Assembly: GCA_903944135.1 (NCBI GenBank)
Contig: CAJAQL010000029.1
Location: 1,487-65,486 of the forward strand
Length of the DNA stretch: 64,000 bases
Source of the DNA: an uncultured Parcubacteria group bacterium
Lineage (GTDB): Bacteria > Patescibacteriota > Minisyncoccia > UBA6257 > 2-01-FULL-56-20
Direction: 5' to 3'
Positions within the stretch are counted from its first letter, which is position 1; every line of letters begins with the position of its first letter. The position numbers were made by a program, and so were the translations under genes. This document shows, piece after piece, positions 60,494 through 64,000 of the stretch. The notes beneath the pieces were generated by a model. It made no database searches and was not told the DNA's origin. It was given only the letters and a program-made list of their open reading frames with translations.

Positions 60494-61138
60494 ATGCCGC
60501 TTGAGCTTCTGTGTCTTTTGGTGATTTTTCTGGGGATTCCAACCCTCATTCGACTCAATATCATTTCCGTGGAATACCGACTGTTCTTTTTGTTCGGCGT
60601 CTTTGTGGTCATGGTCTTTTGGGGATTTTTCACGCTGACGCCTTTTGCCATGGGATTCACGAACGATAATTTCATTCACGGCTTGGTGCCATGGGGAGTG
60701 GCGACGTTTTTCATGCTTGCGTGCGCAGGAATCGCCGCGACATTCTTGAAGCATCGCCACGCTGAGGATCCTTTCCGCGACCCTCACTTCCTGTTTTTGT
60801 TCATACCGATCAGCATCGTCCAGCAATTTATGTATCAATCAGTTCTCCTTCAGAAGCTGTTGCAGGGGATCGGTCCATGGTTTGCCATTGCGATCTGTGC
60901 CTTGTGTTTTGGCTATATGCACACCGTCTTTCCGCGGCCAGGGCGCAATTTTGTGCTTGCAACGCTCGGCGGTGCACTATTCTCTTCGCTATTCTATCTT
61001 TATCCGAACTTTTTGCTTGCCAGCTTATCTCATATGGTTTTGAACTTTATCACGGTCTATCTGGGATTTTTCACGCTGCTTACGCCTGAAGGGAGACCGC
61101 GGGCTACAAAATTTCGTCCGATACGCCCGGAAAAGTAA
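60494..61138 (+). CDS. CPBP (Abi/CAAX-like) intramembrane protease homolog
   Basis: QQFMYQ (normally EExxxR), FGYMH, SLSHMVLN. Confidence 0.7.
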   Translation: MPLELLCLLVIFLGIPTLIRLNIISVEYRLFFLFGVFVVMVFWGFFTLTPFAMGFTNDNFIHGLVPWGVATFFMLACAGIAATFLKHRHAEDPFRDPHFLFLFIPISIVQQFMYQSVLLQKLLQGIGPWFAIAICALCFGYMHTVFPRPGRNFVLATLGGALFSSLFYLYPNFLLASLSHMVLNFITVYLGFFTLLTPEGRPRATKFRPIRPEK

Positions 61139-61153
61139 TTTCTGAACACTTTC

Positions 61154-61534
61154 ATGAAGTTCTACCGACAGGCAGGTCTTTATTATATCGTTTCCGCGCT
61201 CGCGTTCGTCGTAAATTTACTGATCTATGGATCTCTTATCTATTATTGTCATGTTTACTATCTTTTCGCGGCAATTTTAGGATTCGTCACGCAAAATGTT
61301 TTAGATTATGCAGGTGAACGGATGTGGGTATTCAATAGAACCCGCATACGGCCTGTGGTGGGCTATGCCCGCTCTCTCGGCGTAGCACTGACTATCTTGG
61401 CGTTTGTTCTTGCGTTAACTTATATAGGTTTCCATATTTTAGGATTGAACTATCTTTTTGCGAGAATATTTGCAGGGATCATCGCGGGCCTGATCAACTT
61501 TATCCTCGATAAAAAAATTACCTTTGTAGTCTAG
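61154..61534 (+). CDS. GtrA family membrane protein
   Basis: 4 TM helices, WVF, NFILDKKITF. Confidence 0.8.
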   Translation: MKFYRQAGLYYIVSALAFVVNLLIYGSLIYYCHVYYLFAAILGFVTQNVLDYAGERMWVFNRTRIRPVVGYARSLGVALTILAFVLALTYIGFHILGLNYLFARIFAGIIAGLINFILDKKITFVV

Positions 61535-61610
61535 CGAAGAAGATCCGGCGCTTCCGGTTTTCATTTGACACCTTTCCGGGTTTTGCTACCATAAAATAGC
61601 AACCGAACAT

Positions 61611-61757
61611 TTCATCATGAGCGCAGAGATGCCAAGGGATATGGCCCGATGCTCTGCCCGCAACCAGTCGAATCGTCGATCCGGTGCGAAATCCATCCCT
61701 TCACGGGAAAGATGTCCAACCAGACAGGACAACCGTGCAAGGGCGGTTGTTTTTGTT
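61611..61757 (+). promoter_or_regulatory. SAM-I-like riboswitch plus terminator
   Basis: CATCATGAG...GGGATATGGCCCGATG...GCAACC...GGTGCGAAATCC...AAGATG; terminator ACAACCG/CGGTTGT-TTTT; promoter TTGACA at 61565. Confidence 0.75.
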
Positions 61758-61788
61758 CTTTACCAATCCATCAGAGAGGAGTCGTATC

Positions 61789-62121
61789 GTGTCGTATGAA
61801 AAATATATCCTTCCGGGAAATCGGCCGCGGAGCTTGATCATCGGCGAGCATGATTTCCTGATCCAGGAGATTTCGGGTGGTGTTTTATTGCACGAGTTCT
61901 GCGACGGGAAGCTCGTTCGGGAAAAAAAGATCAAGGAGATTTCCGACGAAGAGGCTCGAACGCTCAAACGTTTGGGAAGTGCGGCAGGGGACGATCTTCC
62001 TCATTGTCTTTTCTTGGCGAGCAAGAAGTCGAGAGATTTTCTGGATAAGGCGACGGCATATCTGCGCCAATATCCGGAAATGCTCAGTGAGCGGGCAGTG
62101 TTCGACTTCTATGCATCGTGA
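61789..62121 (+). CDS. Hypothetical protein (110 aa, GTG start) downstream of the riboswitch
   Basis: SD AGAGGAG upstream of GTG; same frame as track ORF 61684-62121. Confidence 0.65.
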   Translation: MSYEKYILPGNRPRSLIIGEHDFLIQEISGGVLLHEFCDGKLVREKKIKEISDEEARTLKRLGSAAGDDLPHCLFLASKKSRDFLDKATAYLRQYPEMLSERAVFDFYAS

Positions 62122-62287
62122 AAAAGAGATATGGTCTAAGGTGCGCGCGGGGAAATTCCTCCCGCGCCCTTTTTTATCCGGAACCTTTCTCAAGATTGCT
62201 CCAGCCTGCGTTGCGGAGTGTTTTGGAGACTGGTTTCAGAAAAAAGCCCCGACATTGCCGGGGCTTTTCAGTGAATTGCGGTACTGT

Positions 62288-62899
62288 TTATTGTTGTGCG
62301 GCGAAGGAATTTTCCGCAGGCGCGACATCGATGCCGATGGCAGGTTTTCGGACAATGAACAGATCGTGCTGTTGCAATTGTTCGATCGCTCGCCGCGCCC
62401 GATCTGCCCATATTGCTTCGTCGTCGGATCGATATTTCAGATAGAGGCGGTAGTGTTGTGCGGCCTTCCGCGCCTCTCCGATCTTCGCATAATCGATACC
62501 GAGATTGAAGTGGGCATTTGCATACTGCGGATCTTCCTGCAGGGCTTGCAGGTAATGTGCCGCGGCCTCCGAAGACATGTTCAACTCATCTAGGACGTTC
62601 CCGAAGTCGTAGTTCGCCAAGACGTTTTTCGGGTTGATGGCGAGCGCTTTGCGATAACATTCTGCCGCCATGGAAAAGTGTTTTTTGCGGAACAGGATCG
62701 TCCCTATGTTGATCCACGCGCTCGCGTTCCCTTGATCGTAGGTCAGCGTTTCATGATAGAGTTGAAGTGCTGACTTCATATCGCCGCTGTTTTCGGCGAA
62801 GACCCCGGAGCTGAAGCAGCATTCCGCGAAAGCTTGATCCGCTGTTCTTGACGACTCGAATTGGTAGAGGTTTCCCGTGACGCGTTCGATATGCCGCAT
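62288..62899 (-). CDS. TPR-repeat protein
   Basis: AWINIG...YRKALAINP, AHFNLG..Y; SD GGAGG. Confidence 0.85.
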   Translation of the reverse strand: MRHIERVTGNLYQFESSRTADQAFAECCFSSGVFAENSGDMKSALQLYHETLTYDQGNASAWINIGTILFRKKHFSMAAECYRKALAINPKNVLANYDFGNVLDELNMSSEAAAHYLQALQEDPQYANAHFNLGIDYAKIGEARKAAQHYRLYLKYRSDDEAIWADRARRAIEQLQQHDLFIVRKPAIGIDVAPAENSFAAQQ

Positions 62900-63142
62900 G
62901 GTTCGTTCCTCCCGTTGCTTTTTTTATCTTATAACCCCTTCGGAAAATATTCCAATTTGTATTGCGCGCCGAATATTCGGGTATGGGCCACATTGATTCG
63001 GGTGGAAATTCTTTGAATGTCGTTCCATCCTGCATACAATGCGTTTCCTTGTACATAGGATTTTTTCATGATAGAACTATGATAGTTTATCAGGCGTGGA
63101 TTGCATCCTGCTTGATCCGGCCAAATTTTTTGGGGGTGCCAT

Positions 63143-63796
63143 ATGCAAAGTCTTCAGGAACGGTGGTATGAACTGTGGGATCGAATCGATAGCCGAGGAG
63201 ATCCAAGCATTCCTTTGGAAGATCTGACAGATCGCTACAACGAACCGTGGCGGGCGCACCATACGCTTGCACATATCGAGGCGATGTTCGCGGATTTCGA
63301 TGAATTCCACAAATCGGAAGAGGCTCGTTCCATGGATGCTGATATTGTCCAGATGGCCATCTTCTATCACGATGCCGTCTACGATCTTAGGGCGAAAGAC
63401 AATGAAGAGAAAAGCATTGAGCTCTTTCGCGTGGTCGCCGAGTGGTCGAACTTCGCCGAAGATTTCACGGAGGGGGTCGCGCGCGCCATCCTTGCAACCA
63501 AGCATACCGAGCTTTCCACCGGCTTCAATTGTCGCGTTCTCTCTGATCTTGATCTTGCCATCCTCGGGAAACCGGAAGCGATATTCGATGAATATGAGCG
63601 GAGGATTCGCGAGGAATACAACTGGGTTTCGGAAGATCGATTCCGTACCGGAAGATTGGCGATCATGGAAGGGTTTCTTGGTCGGCCGTTCGTCTATGGC
63701 ACGCAGTTCTTTCGGGGGAAGTATGGGCGGAAAGCTCGCATGAACCTTCTCCGCTCCATTAAACAGCTTTCCGCTTCTCCGGAATCGGATCGTTGA
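63143..63796 (+). CDS. HD-superfamily phosphohydrolase (COG4339-like)
   Basis: Y.EP.R.HHTL.H, FYHDAVYD, NEEKS, DLDLAILG, IREEY. Confidence 0.88.
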   Translation: MQSLQERWYELWDRIDSRGDPSIPLEDLTDRYNEPWRAHHTLAHIEAMFADFDEFHKSEEARSMDADIVQMAIFYHDAVYDLRAKDNEEKSIELFRVVAEWSNFAEDFTEGVARAILATKHTELSTGFNCRVLSDLDLAILGKPEAIFDEYERRIREEYNWVSEDRFRTGRLAIMEGFLGRPFVYGTQFFRGKYGRKARMNLLRSIKQLSASPESDR

Positions 63797-63901
63797 CAGG
63801 GGAAGATGGATGGGTCCCTATCGGCGGGCGCGACCAAAGGTCACGACCCGCCGTTTCTCTCTATTTTGTGTTCCTGCCCGTTTCTCTGTTAAAATAACAT
63901 C

Positions 63902-64000
63902 ATGAATCAGGGAAGAGAAAGGTTTTACGAAGAACTTTCCGCATTGAACGATGAGGGTGCTGCGCATGAGATGAACAGCGAGCTCAATAGCATGGGGAAG
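63902..64000 (+). CDS. 5' end of a hypothetical protein (partial)
   Basis: MNQGRERFYEELSALNDEG... open to the window end; extended -10 6 nt upstream. Confidence 0.55.
   Translation, partial: MNQGRERFYEELSALNDEGAAHEMNSELNSMGK

Overview
A 64-kb chromosomal segment in standard code 11, most likely from a Patescibacteria/CPR (Parcubacteria-like) bacterium. That taxonomy is inferred from gene content, scarce Shine-Dalgarno sites and CPR-style surface proteins. Housekeeping loci are recG, tuf-rpsJ, miaA, rnpB, metK with a SAM-I riboswitch, dinB and tRNA-Lys(CTT), tRNA-Arg(TCG) and tRNA-Asp(GTC). They are interspersed with small accessory modules: TetR + oleate hydratase, TetR + two CrtC/lipocalin-like proteins + GT2 + patatin, MerR-MdaB-ADH-flavodoxin, an ECF sigma locus, two ABC exporters, an archaeal-type AbrB-PhoU and a desaturase. 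The best candidates for new biology are: (1) an AT-rich seven-gene operon beside tRNA-Asp with five tandem, divergent 56-83 aa helix+HTH microproteins followed by two different HEPN-type (RxxxxH) proteins, preceded by a perfect 15-bp inverted repeat, which is a candidate undescribed defence or toxin-antitoxin system; (2) a nested tRNA-Lys locus in which an intact tRNA sits at the tip of a long hairpin that splits an identical tRNA at its anticodon; (3) a second SAM-I-like riboswitch upstream of an orphan 110-aa gene; (4) a REP-like palindrome inserted in frame inside recG. All family assignments come from motif recognition by eye; no searches were run.
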